Below are positions 39,461-55,557 of a stretch of 64,000 bases of DNA, one piece after another. The stretch spans positions 15,252,001 to 15,316,000 of the forward strand of contig OX597822.1 of the NCBI GenBank assembly GCA_951406725.2, in the 5' to 3' direction. A program made the translations under genes and the position numbers. The notes beneath the pieces are model-generated. The model was not told the origin of the DNA. It ran no database searches and was given only the letters and a program-made list of their open reading frames with translations. This stretch comes from Octopus vulgaris. Taxonomy: Eukaryota. Numbering within the stretch: position 1 is the stretch's first letter; every line of letters starts with the position of its first letter.

Positions 39461-39493
<33 letters not shown>

Positions 39494-39745
39494 CATACAC
39501 ATATATATACATACATATATATATATATATATATACATACATACATACATACACACACATATATATACATACATACACAAACATCCATACACACACATAC
39601 TTATATATATATAAGTATGTGTGTGTAAGGAAAATGTAAGACGAGGATGGACAATGTCAGCTTTAATGGTGGACCCTAACATTTTTGTTTTCTGCACCGG
39701 GCACCAGCTTTAAGTTCGTTGTTTACTATTACAATTTAATTGACA

Positions 39746-40235
39746 AGCGGTGGGCTGGCAGAATTGTTAGCACGCCGCGCGAAATGCTTAGCGGTATTTC
39801 GTGTGCCTTTTGGTGTCGGTTAAATAAGTACCATTTGCATACTGGGGTCGATATAATCGACTTAATCCGTTTGTCTGTCCTTGTTTGTCTTCTCTGTGCT
39901 TAGCCCCTTGTGGGTAGTAAAGCAATAGCTATTTCGTCTGCCGCTACGTTCTGAGTTCAAACTACGTCGAGGTCTGCTTTGCCTTTCGTCTTTTCAGTGT
40001 CGGCAAATTAAGAACCAGTTGCGTACTGGGGTCGATATAATCAACTTAATCCGTTTGTCTGTCCTCTCTGTGCTTAGCCCCTTGTGGGTAGTAAAGCAAT
40101 AGGTATTTCGTCTGCCGCTACGTTCTGAGTTCAAACTACGCCGAGGTCTGCTTTGCCTTTCGTCTTTTCAATGTCGGCAAATTAAAAACCAGTCATATAC
40201 TGGTCGATATACACCTTTCCACAAATTTCAGGCCT
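39746..40235 (+). mobile_element. SINE family B, tandem trimer-like array
   Basis: One head (GGGCTGGCAGAATTGTTAGCACG) followed by three TATTTCGT..GGTCGATATA bodies. Confidence 0.82.
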
Positions 40236-40664
40236 TATTACTGTTTATTTGAATATTTTTCAGTAACACCTGTGTACAGGCGCTTCATCGGCTCGAATGT
40301 GATTAAGTCATGTTGGATTTTTCTGAATTTTCTGGATATACGATACACATTACTTTCCACCAATCAAATTATCAGATTCCGAGGGACACAAACACAATTA
40401 CAAAATTAGTACTAAAACAATAGCACTAACAACAATAATAGAACGCATTCTTCATCGCAATCAATGCAAGGGCGGGAAAGGGTGGCTCAACAAAATCAAG
40501 TGGGTTTGCGACGAATTGAGAAAAAAGAGCCTTTGCCTAAATCTGCGACCTTCACACATTAGTGTGAAGAAATTATTATTTCATTTGCCTTTCATTCTTA
40601 TAGGGGGTAGGGCTGGGGATCAGTGATAATAATATAAATTACCAGTCAAGTACTGAAAGGTCGT

Positions 40665-40666
<2 letters not shown>

Positions 40667-40733
<67 letters not shown>
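40667..40733. repeat. (TAA)n tract
   Basis: Directly visible. It forms the 5' flank of the Dong insertion. Confidence 0.95.
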
Positions 40734-40734
<1 letters not shown>

Positions 40735-41418
40735 GACACGATAGAGCTGCACAATATATTCACTGGGTAATCTGCAAAAACCTGGATTTGCCTCATGAAA
40801 AAACTGGTGGGAACACAAACCATCCCCACATCTCACTCCTCTGGAACTTCACCATTCAAACTGACAGAAAGATAGATGCAAATAGGCCAGACATCATATT
40901 GAAAGACTTCAAATAAAGAACATGCCTCCTCATTGATATGACTGTTCCAATCGATATAAACGTATCTGTCAAGACTTACCAAAAACTGAGCAAATATAAA
41001 GATCTTGAAATAGAAATCAGCAAAATGTGGAAGCTGAAGACTAAAACAATACCTGTTGTCATAGGTGCCCTGGGAATGATAGCAAAAGGGGCTGATAGCT
41101 ACCTAACTCAGATACCAGGAAACCCAAAAATGGTAGAAATTCAAAAGATAGTGCTCATGGGAACTGCTCATATCTTAGGCAAAATACTTTCTATGTAATC
41201 TCAAGGTTTAAAACAAACATAATTTTCGGTTTAAAAAAAAAAAAAAATTTTTTTTAGACATTCATTAGTACAACACCAAAAACTCCCCCCCCCCAAAAAA
41301 AAAAATGTATGGCACACTAGGCATAATGACAACATGAACTTCCAACCTGTTGTCTCTTGAGGTCTCTGGGTGAGACTTGGAACCAACTTGTACAAATATA
41401 AAGCAAAAGTCAAACATA

Positions 41419-41419
<1 letters not shown>
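40734..41419 (+). mobile_element. R4/Dong-clade element family 1, 5' truncated
   Basis: RHDRAAQYIHWVICK..NRPDIILKD..IDMTVPIDINVSVKTYQKLSKYKDLEIEI..VIGALG..QKIVLMGTAHILGKILS plus 3'UTR, lying between two (TAA)n tracts. Confidence 0.9.
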
Positions 41420-41487
<68 letters not shown>

Positions 41488-41493
41488 TAATAA
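41420..41493. repeat. (TAA)n tract
   Basis: Directly visible. It separates two Dong elements. Confidence 0.95.
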
Positions 41494-44352
<2,859 letters not shown>

Positions 44353-44379
44353 TAAACTGGAATTTATGCATTGTGCCTA

Positions 44380-45290
44380 TAGGAAAAACCGGTGTCGATA
44401 AAATAAAGTATCAACAGATATAATTACCGACTGTACAGCGACAGCTAGCATTTGTATCCCGTCTAAGAAGTTATCATTATCAAGAGGGCTAAACGTACAA
44501 CTAGCCCACTCCGGCCCCTCTTTGAGAGAACACCTCACTAGGAAATGAACAAGGGACAACAATCCATGTACATTAAACAATCTGTCCCATCGGTGACACA
44601 GATTTATACCAACGGGTAAATGTTGTGTATAGAATACAATGTAACAAATGCAACAAGATCTATCTGGGTAGCAGAACAAGACCGTTACACGTCCGCATCA
44701 AAGAATATCTGAACACGAGAGCCTCCTCCTTTAGAAAACATCTCGACAGATGCCGTAACATCGACAAAAGCATAACAGTCACAATTGAGGCCAATGAAAG
44801 AAATTTGGGTAATTTAAGTATTAAGGAAGCTATACTCATACACAGACTAGGGCCCCAAATGAACAACAAGTTGGAGGTTGGTAATCCATACATTATTTAG
44901 ATACATCTGGATGCGTGTGGGTGCATTTTTGATAATATGCTCATCTGTAGTTTATAACAGAAAAAAAGAAGAGTAGAAAAAATTCAAGAAGGAAGCTGCA
45001 TGTTTAATACGTAACTTAGAAGCAGCGCTACGGATGTACCAGCACACACGAGATTAAGACATGGCCTATCTCACACACTTCTCTTGAGGAATTCCGGAAG
45101 GAGCATCGTGAGACCACTGTTGAGACGCTTCCACAAAATAAGAAAGAAAAGCCGACTCCATCTAAGAATATCTGAAGAAGGAATATTATTCCGAAATATC
45201 ATATCAGACTATGGATGACTAAATTACAACATGTATATAGCCCATTGTCTATATCATAGTGCATTGTTGTACCATTCAAAACTTTTTATT
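44380..45290 (+). mobile_element. Penelope-like element 3' part: GIY-YIG endonuclease + pseudo-LTR
   Basis: VYRIQCNKCNKIYLGSRTRPLHVRIKEY..FRKHL..LSIKEAILIHRLGPQMN. A hammerhead motif lies about 270 bp downstream. Confidence 0.85.
45157..45215 (+). ncRNA. Type-I hammerhead ribozyme in PLE pseudo-LTR
   Basis: CTGAAGA (45172-78), A, stem II GGAAT-att-ATTCC, GAAA, stem III ATAT-c-ATAT, AUC site at 45205. Distal stem I is TCCAT/ATGGA and the proximal stem I is imperfect. Confidence 0.65.
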
Positions 45291-46039
45291 CTTTACAAAC
45301 AATAACAGAGTGAAGGCGACTTTCACGGTACTCATAGTGGTAAGAGAAAAGGAAAAAAGAATAATAAAATTAATGCTAGTTGAATAAGAAAAAGATAAAA
45401 GTAAAACCAAGAAAAAACTAAAGACGATTTTTACAAACAAGGATGAAGTGTGTCAATAGGTTAGAACAGAATAAAGTAAACAATTGCAAAGAATGGTTAA
45501 AACACTGTGTCATCTTTTTTATGACTCTGCGTCTTTAGTTTCTTTGAATTATCTCTTATCTCCATTATTTATTATGCATTCCGGCCGTTTGGTTTTCCAT
45601 GACCTCTATCAACTCTACTGGTCATTAATTTTTAAGTTACCGGTCGCCTTTCATCTACATATCTTCTATTTGTCTTTTAATTTATTAGTTTTACTTTTGT
45701 TTTACCAATACACTTATGTCGTCTTACATCATTACAAATTCACTATAGAAACTTAATCCAGGCATTCATACGTATGCGCACATGCATAAATGAATCAGAG
45801 CACTTTAGCTCATATTCCTTGCATTGGCGGTGTTTTAACAACTTCTGTCATATTTAATGACAATTATAGTTTTCCTTTTTGATGATACATTGCTAAACCG
45901 CTGCCTAACTTAATTATTCATATACACACTAGTGATTCGCTAAATCATCCATTAATGTGTGTGTACGTATGTATACACACACACGCACGCGCGCGCACAC
46001 ACACACACGCGCGCGCACACACACACACATATATATATA

Positions 46040-46475
46040 GGGCGGTAGTTTATTGGACACCCCGCGGGATGAAAAACAAAACCCGTCAAAGGGCGGAGGA
46101 ACTCTTGAGAGTCAACGGCCATCCAATAAATGTCATGCGCGGGGACATAGAAATAATCGGACTGAATACCCGATCGCGCGGTGAAACCATTGGGAGTGAA
46201 GGACTCCTAGCCTTTGTCAGGGCATCCTTCTAGGAGAAGGTAACTCAGGTAACTGGGATAACTCCGACATAAAACCTGCGCCTCAGTGGTTACCGATGAT
46301 GTTGACTTGTTCTTCTTTTCGGATTATGGCTGCTGTTGCTTAGTGAGTGGGATTGACTCAGTCCACAGCCTTTCCTCACTTTAAAAAAAACTCTTCTTGC
46401 ACAGGCATTGCAGGATAACAACATTGATTAAGCTTCGTGCAATAGCCATACTCGATAACGAGGGAGCAGCCACCA

Positions 46476-46477
<2 letters not shown>
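46040..46477 (+). mobile_element. Bipartite RTE-derived element (5'UTR + 3' tail)
   Basis: RTE-5'UTR-like CTAGGAGAAGGTAACTC..ATAAAACC joined to an RTE-type 3' end CCATACTCGATAACGAGGGAGCAGCC(ACC)n. Shares sequence with 8303-8682. Confidence 0.72.
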
Positions 46478-46526
<49 letters not shown>

Positions 46527-46584
46527 GCGCAGGCAACAGGTTGCTTGGCCGCATACCGAAAAATTAGAAATTGCAGTCAAGACT

Positions 46585-46825
46585 GTTTATTTCTATTTTC
46601 TACAAATGGGACTCCACATGCGACATATCCCTGTAATTCACATATGCAAAACAGAAGGACTAAATAACGAAAACAAAGTCTCGCGGTCATTTGCGAACAT
46701 GTTTCTAGATTATAAATATATTTCATATATATTTTGTTTTCGTTATTTATTCCTTCTGTTTTGCATATGTGAATTACAGGGATATGTCGTGTGTGGAGTC
46801 CCACTTGTAGAAAATAGAAATAAAC
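46585..46825. repeat. Long inverted repeat (93-bp arms, 55-bp spacer), MITE/fold-back-like
   Basis: 46585-46677 is the reverse complement of 46733-46825 with about 4 mismatches. Confidence 0.9.
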
Positions 46826-47293
46826 TGTGCCAGCCCCTTTTATTTATATACAATATGTATACTGAACTTTACAGAATTTCCTACCGTTAATTGGTTATAT
46901 TTATATACCGAATTCTACCAGTAAATAATTGTTGGTTTTTTTGTAAAAACCATTATAGAAATTATTTACTCTTATTCTATATATATATTGTTACGACCAG
47001 GTGGCCATGAACCGATACTACGCACACAACAACAACACACCATGAATTTTGTTTTTAGACATTTTTAGATATTAACAATTATGCGTGAGTATGCACAAAC
47101 AACCTACATACAAACAAATATATAGGAACATAGGAGTGAATTGCGTAGACTATCGCTGCAGTCATTTCGTGATTGTTAAACGATGTCACATTCAGAAGTA
47201 TGATTATGTTATGCCCTGGTCGTTCCTTTCAGATCTTGTAGTATGGCGTTTTCTATTTTGAATTTCACCAAATAATGTTTTCCGTGTAATTCT

Positions 47294-47352
47294 AATCAAC
47301 GCAGCGTTTCGGAATGTGCGTGCATAGCAGTCTTTCATTTTCATCTGAGATT
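47294..47352 (-). ncRNA. Degenerate hammerhead motif
   Basis: Minus strand reads AATCT-CAGATGA-AAATG...CATTCC-GAAA-CGCTGCG-TT-GATT. Core U4 is mutated. Stem III is ACGC/GCGT. Confidence 0.4.
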
Positions 47353-47449
47353 GATATTACAATCCTTTTCTTTCTGATAATACTCAGTAAGTTTCCCGGG
47401 TTTAACTTCTAAGACTAGAATTTCTTCTGAATCAAAAAATTATCTTTTC

Positions 47450-47930
<481 letters not shown>

Positions 47931-50802
47931 CTATCTGCGTCTTTTGCCAAATATTTTCTTATTGCAAAATCAAGTTTCTTTGTAAGTTTCTTTGGAAAAA
48001 AAGACTGACTCCTAATTGGAATTTTAATTAAAAAACAGAATTCGATAGGTTTGCTGTGCAATATACCGAGAACTGAAATTTATATCTCTTCCCCAACTAG
48101 ATAAGCTTTCTGTTGTCTGGTTTCTTATTTCTACAATAACTACATTATAATTCGTCAGGAACAAGTTGCAGACGATTCTTGAACAATCTATAAATACACA
48201 TTAGATCTATTTTTCTTTCTATGCCTTAAAATGCTGGAAGCTTCGAATCAATTTGTTTGAATGCAATCAGAATCATATTTCATGATTTTTTTTCTTACGA
48301 TTATTTCGTTAACTATGACAATTTTTTATGTAAGATTCTAATTTGTGTTGTACCCTTTTATAATTTCAGAGGTGCTGGTATATTTACATCCATTTACCGA
48401 CAGCTACTCTAGGAAATCGTGGACATGTTTGTGAAGCTATCATAAGTTTTAAGTGTCCACAGACGTTCCTTGTGACAAGATACACTAGATTAATTGTGTC
48501 TTATAAATGGTGAAATGGGTTCCAATGTATTGATATTTCAATTTTTGAGATGTAATTTGTTCTTGACACGCTGCGAATCCTTCAGTTGCTGCAGCTGGGG
48601 CCTGTTATACATCATGACTAAGGTTTCTCTTTGAATAAATGTTACTTTTATGCTGTGCACAGACCAAGAATCGTACCTATAAATGTGCTTCGATTCCGGT
48701 TTAGGAATAGTGAGAATGATAGGTTTTCATTTAGTTATTTTACCAGATCTCTTGATGGTCAATCGTCTGTACCATCATTTTCTCCAAAATTGGCTCATTT
48801 TTCAGTAACTAAAGAGAGCCCCATGTATATATTTTTCAAAAAGGTGTCATTCCTCCTTCTGTCATAATGTGAAATTTTAGTTTCTTTTACTAACTCTTGT
48901 TTTTTTTTATATTACTATAAGTGATTTTATCAGTTCTAGCTTTGTTCTTAACTGTTATGGAGTGTGTACAATCGTTTTGTCACCCTTAATACTCAAATGA
49001 TAACTATTGACCTCTCTCTCTCTCTCTCCCTCTCTTTGTGGTGAGGGTATATGCAGAATAACTGAATCTCCTTGTAGAAGAAACGTTCATGCATATATCT
49101 ATTAACGAAGGTTTATCGTTATCACCTTTACTTAGATTTTCAGTGAAGGAAATTTGAGAGAAGTCCAATGATTTAAACCTTGACGTGGCTGGCTTCAGTT
49201 TAATAATGAGTTTGTGACTTTATGCAGCTCTGAATTTTACATTTTCTCCCAAACACAGATTGATTGACATTTCTCGTATATATTCCACAACACCAATTAT
49301 CATTACCTCTAAATTTTCTATTGTTTGTGCAGACAATTTATGGAATATCAGAGAAAGTCAAATATCAGAGAAATTTATACTTACATCTGAAAGGCAAAAA
49401 ATTATATCTTGTAATCATCATTTTGAATCCGTAAAGAAAGAAGTTTTTATTAATTTTAATGAATTTAATTCTGCTGTGTTGTGATCTGAACCATGCAACC
49501 CCTATATCCTTTAAATCTGATCAGAAAGTTTTACATTCATTGGACGATTACAGAAATATGTTGGCCTAAATCATCACGGAAGATATCTCATATTTCCTTG
49601 TTTATCGTCATTTATAACAATGGTGTGTAACTCTGAATTGTTTAACTGAAACTATAGAGTATGCTTACCCATTCGCTATTTTGTATACTTAGAAATTGTT
49701 TTCCCTGCTAACAATATATGGTATTGCATGTGAATTTTAAAATGTTTTCTTTGTTATCTGAAATTCCTTGATTGCTACTCACTTCAGTTATAAACTTCAA
49801 TGTCTGTTGGGTTACAAAATTCAGTGTCACAAACTTGCAGTGAATAATGTTACGCTGGGAAAATATGTGTTACTCTTCGACTATTAGCTGTTGCAGTGAC
49901 ACAAAACCAGAAAGCCAACATCGTAGGTAGATTAATACTCTCGATATTCGATTGTCTGTGGTGTTTACGGAGGAGGGCTCTCTGTTGTGAGATGATTTTT
50001 TGCCGTGGATTGCCTCTGTATCCTTTAGTGGATGGAAATGTGGTCTCAATTTATAGGTGTTGTAAGCATGTCTTCCAGTTTGTTTTCGTGAGAGGGACAT
50101 ACGTACCTGTATGAGTTTCAATTTACTTATTTACTATGTTGCAATAACCAATAAAGGTTTGGATTTAAAGCGTTCAAATATCATTTTTGTGCTTGTTGTT
50201 TCTTCCCATCCAGTTTTCCTCGGGTAGATTTATGTCTTAGTCATAGTCGTTACTATGACGGATTATTTGAAACAAATGTAGCTAAGACAGTTGCCTATGA
50301 TACGAGCGAGTGTGGGGAATTATTTCTAGCAGTTAACACGTCTACGTAGAGGCTGGGCGGCTATTAGCATTGGCGCGTTGCTTGGTAGCAAGAATGACTA
50401 ACGATATAAGAAAATATATTACGTTGAAAAAGACATGGAGAGAAGACAGATTCACCTAAAGAAAGGCGAATTTTATTGTACAGCGATAGGAAAATAGTCA
50501 ATGATTATGATTTATCATAAATATGAGAGATGAGGCCAAAAGCAAAAAAAAAATCTAGAAAAGCTGTGACATAAGAAAATAATACAGAATCAGAATTATT
50601 GATCGTTTATTTTTTAGAGAAGCTTCAACATGGAAAAAACAAAAATAAAACTGAGAAGTATCTGAGAAAGCATATTGTGATATTGAAAGATAATGCTTAA
50701 AGCGAAAGATTTAGATCTAATGCAAATTTACGAGCAGCGTGTTACAACGCAGAGCAGCATTGCACTATGTTAGAAGAATGTTCAACATTAAATGTGAAGA
50801 TA

Positions 50803-52078
50803 CGGAGAGCGTTCATTAAAGATTTCCCCTAACCCATTTCCAAAGGACTTGGATAAACGAAGCTTGACACAATTGTTAGACCTTTTCTACGTAGCCATCA
50901 CCAATGGCGACACACTTCCTCCCATTGCTTTATAAAGCTGTGAAGACCTCGTTTGTAGAAGTCGGTAGGTTGCGTTTGGAGTCAAGACTTTACTTCGGAA
51001 ATAAGTTCATCATCATCTGAAAACTGCTTCCCTTTCAAAAAAGACTTCATGGTTGGAAAGAGGTGGAAATCAGACGATGTAAGATCGGGAGAGTAAGTAG
51101 GTGAGGAAAGATTTCATAGCCGCAGGTGTGTGCTTTCATCTGGGCAACATGCCCAGTTTGAACTAGGGCGTTGTTTTGGAGGAGGCGGACTCCTTTGGTC
51201 AGCATGCCACACTTTGATGGTGTTCTGCAATTTCTGCAGCAGAGAAGCGTAGTATGCCCCGTGAATTGTGGTGCCCTTTGACAAAAATTCCATCATCACT
51301 ACACCGCGCTGGTTTCAAAACACTGTGAGCATCATCTTGCCTGCTGAGGGTTGGACACGTGCCTTTTTGGAGGTGGTGAATTATCACGCATCCATTGTTT
51401 CGACTGGACTTTAGTCTCAGGATCATAATGGTGGAACCATGTTTCATCCTGTGTCTGCCGAAAAAGTCCTCCTCGTTTTCCTTGCACATCGCCAAAAGAG
51501 CCTGAGAGCAATTACCTCGTTCCTGTTTCTGGAAAAGTGTGTGTATCCGGCGAATCCATCGTGCTGATAACTTCGACATGTGCAAATGGTCGTGAATGAT
51601 TTTTCCCCCGGACCCTACTCTTATCTTCTCTTCTTGGGCTAGTTGTAGAATAGTTATGTGGTAATCCTCCAAAATGGCAGCTTCCACCTTATGGATGGTG
51701 TCGTCATCAAGGTGGAATATGGTCGTCCAGGAACAGGAACAATTTCCACTGACATGCAACCATATTTGAACTGGTGATGCCAGTGCTTGACTACGCTGCA
51801 TGATGGTGCATCGTAGCCATAAACTTCTTTCATCTCATCGAAAGTCTCATTTGGTGTACAACCTTTCAAGTGCAAGAACCTGATCGCGGATACGCATTCA
51901 GCTGCCTCCATTATAGCACCTTAGTCCACTCCCGAAGACCTAAAAGACAAAGGAATACAAGTGGAAAGCTGAAATTTACAATGTGATATGTAGAGATACT
52001 TTTGAATACACTTGTATGAGTTCTGTTTCCTCCAATGAACGAAAGTGGGGCAGGGAAATCTTTAATGAACACCCATCG
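50803..52078 (-). mobile_element. Full-length decayed mariner (DD34D-type) transposon
   Basis: TIRs CG..G.G.GTTCATTAAAGATTTCCC at both ends with TA flanks (50801-02, 52079-80). Frameshifted transposase AIRFLHLKG..KLSARWIRR..YYASLLQKL..YSPDLTSSDFHLFPTMK. Confidence 0.92.
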
Positions 52079-52123
52079 TACCAAATTATTTTTGGGTGAT
52101 AGGAAAGGTAGAGAAAACTGCTT

Positions 52124-52149
52124 AACATATGTAGGGAGCTTAATGATAT

Positions 52150-52190
<41 letters not shown>

Positions 52191-52214
52191 CATATGTAGG
52201 GAGCTTAATGATAT

Positions 52215-52252
<38 letters not shown>

Positions 52253-52275
52253 ATGTAGGGAGCTTAATGATATAC

Positions 52276-52330
<55 letters not shown>
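52124..52330. repeat. Triplicated 31-bp unit separated by variable (TA)n
   Basis: AACATATGTAGGGAGCTTAATGATATACTTT at about 52124, 52189 and 52248. Confidence 0.9.
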
Positions 52331-52342
<12 letters not shown>

Positions 52343-52496
52343 GTATGTATATATATATAAAGTATAATACCCATCTCAATATGGCTAACCACAAAGGAGG
52401 GTGTTATTGTAGATTTTTAGCCCCAAGGGATCATCGTCTGTGCCCTTATGGTATTTGCAAAGGGAGGCCATCCCTTTCTCGTAAGCCTAAGTGATA

Positions 52497-52542
52497 CGCA
52501 CCGGACCGCGGTTTCGAGGTTGTTGCTTCTTATCAACGGGCG
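52497..52542 (-). ncRNA. Type-I hammerhead ribozyme with U3-A8 core variant
   Basis: Minus strand reads CGCCCG-TTGATAA-GAAGCAACAACCTC-GAAA-CCGCGG-TC/CGGTGCG. Palindromic stem III ACCGCGGT, GUC site, and a 6-bp stem I with one bulge. Confidence 0.65.
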
Positions 52543-52847
52543 GTAATCCCCGGATCACGATGAAAGGGAAAGCCTGTATGCAAATATATAAGAATTTTTC
52601 TAGTGACTTCTGTCACTGATTTCTAAATACAATATAGAGATAACGAAATTTAAATTTTCTAAAGGTTAGTTGCCCGCTTTCAGTTCAATTTTCCTGTAAC
52701 AAGTGGATTATAAGTGGATAAATCAGTGTATTTAGCCCTTAATTATAAGATGTTTATACTTCAACCGTAAAGGTTTTTTTAATATACTGCCACGCTTTTT
52801 GATGGAATCCTTTTCTGTAGAGAAAGGGACTTCATCCTATATTGTTA

Positions 52848-52895
<48 letters not shown>

Positions 52896-52973
52896 TGACT
52901 ACACTCGTTCCACGTCCTCGCGTTGTTGTGTTTTCTCTTAGTTCAGGTCTGGAGTAACTATATATATATAAAT

Positions 52974-53012
<39 letters not shown>

Positions 53013-53632
53013 CACAGTATACATTATATATTATAGTAATGAGTAGGCATAGGGACTTTAATGTCTTAAATTTGATGGATTCTCACTTTCTTTTCTCCAA
53101 AAGTTTCTTACTCCTTTCGCCTTTCTGTAAACCTAAGCGTTAGATTTTCCTTCTATTTTCATGGTACACATTCTTGTATTTTCATACATTCATATTTCTA
53201 TGCATTGGCCGCCGCCTGTTTTGCTTCTTTGTCTTCGTGTGTCATTGATTTCTCTTTCCGTAGCCTTGTCAAGTATTCGTTTTGTTTCAGTGAAGTTTGT
53301 GTAGTTATACGATTGAATGTCTTTACATACACATCTATCTATTTACGCTTCTGCTTGTCTGGCCTCGTCTTCGCAAGGACAGAAAACCGATGATATCTGA
53401 ACCGCGTACGAAAGTGTTTTACGCTTCACTGCGGATATGTGAATTACACAATTTACAGAAGCCGAGAGAAATAAATATTTGATGCTTATTAAAACAAACT
53501 AACCGTTGGAAGCTTGCTGCCGCGTTTCGTGTACTGAGGTGGTTTAAGAATGATACAACGAATTCAAAAAGACGCAGTGTATTCCGATGTTATAGAGCAC
53601 AATTGGCAGTAGAGGTACTGGCGCGGAGGATC

Positions 53633-53687
53633 TGTTGCCGACTGATGAGGTAGCAATTGTTTCGAAACGCACGATGCGTATAATACA
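53633..53687 (+). ncRNA. Type-I hammerhead ribozyme motif
   Basis: CTGATGA (53642-48), G..C-closed stem II, GAAA (53664-67), stem III ACGCA-cga-TGCGT and a GUA site. Stem I is disrupted. Confidence 0.55.
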
Positions 53688-54925
53688 TACACGCATCCAT
53701 TCACACACATGCATGAATATTTATATATATATACTCGAAATAAAAGTTTATATATTACTAGGATACATGGTAAAGTACACACACGCACGCACATGTACGC
53801 ACACACGCACACACACGTGTGTATGTGTGTAAGTGTATGTGCGCGCGCGTTCGTGTGTGTGTGTGCATTGAGAGTGTAAAATGTGCTCTTTCTGGTTGCT
53901 AACGATTATCCACTCCTACACACACGCGTGTATATATACGTGCATGTAATATATATTCATACATTCATACATATATATATATACATACATCCTTTTTTCC
54001 CTATATAAACATATATATATATATATATATATATACATACATATATACCTATATAAACATATATATGTATAAGTACATATATACCTAAACACAGATACAT
54101 TTTTGTACACATATAACAAGTATTATGTTTTTATATGTGCGAAGACAATGCACACACACCCACACACACACATATATACACGATTGTATACACATTTATA
54201 ATGACACATCTACGCATAATTTTCTGTGTGTATGTGTGTCACTCCATGTATGTGTTTACCAATCAAAAACTCAACTAATGTGTCTTCTCATTTTCTATTA
54301 CACCGACTTCTAAAGGCTATGGATCTTTCTTTAGTTAAATTTAATCAATAAATTATCAAGTCCCAATATGATTAGTAAAGCAAATGAAAACTCAAAAATT
54401 CATTTAATAAAATCCTAATTATCTCTTCTATAATAAGAATTATATTCCTAGATTAGCAGAGATAGCAATATTGACAAAAATAAGTGAAATAAGCGGGTGA
54501 AGGCGTGAAAATTGAAATAGAGATAAAATTCCTGTGGGAAATTAAAATTGTGTGATTGGTGCCTTCCGAAGTATATTACGAAAATTAATCTAAAGATTGC
54601 AAGCAACATTCGCAGAACTTCACCATTCTGAAAATGACAAAAATATCCAAAATGGTATGACATTTATAGCTCACCTTTAATGTAAATGCTTGTCAATGAA
54701 ATATGCTAATTCACAATAGATTACGCGTTATATAATGCTAATTAAATTTGTATGTTTCTATTTCTATTTCTAAATCATTCCCTATTTCCATATATTCATG
54801 TTTTTGACGTTAGACATTAACAAGATATATCAGTCAGCAGTTAATCTATCGATTGGGCGATCGATTTGTGTAGTCATTTCTCACCCTCTCCCCGTCTTTA
54901 TCTATCAAACTACCTACCTACCTAC

Positions 54926-54990
<65 letters not shown>

Positions 54991-55192
54991 CATCTATCTA
55001 TCTAGTCACTTATATATCTATCTATCTAGCTAGCTACCTATCTTTCGGCCTGTCTATCTATATATTTGTCTCTCTACCTACCTATCCATCTATCTGTCTA
55101 TCTATTTGTCTAGCTATCTAGCTGTCCATTTCCCTATAACTCTTAATGTTGGCATATATTTTATGTATTTATATATATATATATATATACCC

Positions 55193-55320
<128 letters not shown>

Positions 55321-55510
55321 CTAAGTGTAAACCTTATACCAACGGTAGTGGCATGTGCGGTTTTTGTAATATGGAAAGATGGCTCATCTAGACAAGTTCC
55401 TTAGACTCCGCTATATGTTTAAATTCAAGAACTGAACATTTGGGATAGATATATATATATATAGTAAGAGAGAGAGAGAGAGAGAGAAAGAGAGATACAC
55501 TCGCACACAC

Positions 55511-55557
<47 letters not shown>

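Noticed and set aside
46048-46135. HDV-like or twister ribozyme in the RTE 5'UTR
   Set aside because: Hairpins are present, but the required pseudoknot pairings and core residues could not be assigned by eye.
49870-50121. ORF or RTE C-terminal remnant
   Set aside because: No clear motif. Could be chance.
52124-52330. CRISPR-like array
   Set aside because: Spacers are pure (TA)n, there are only three units, no cas genes, and the context is eukaryotic.
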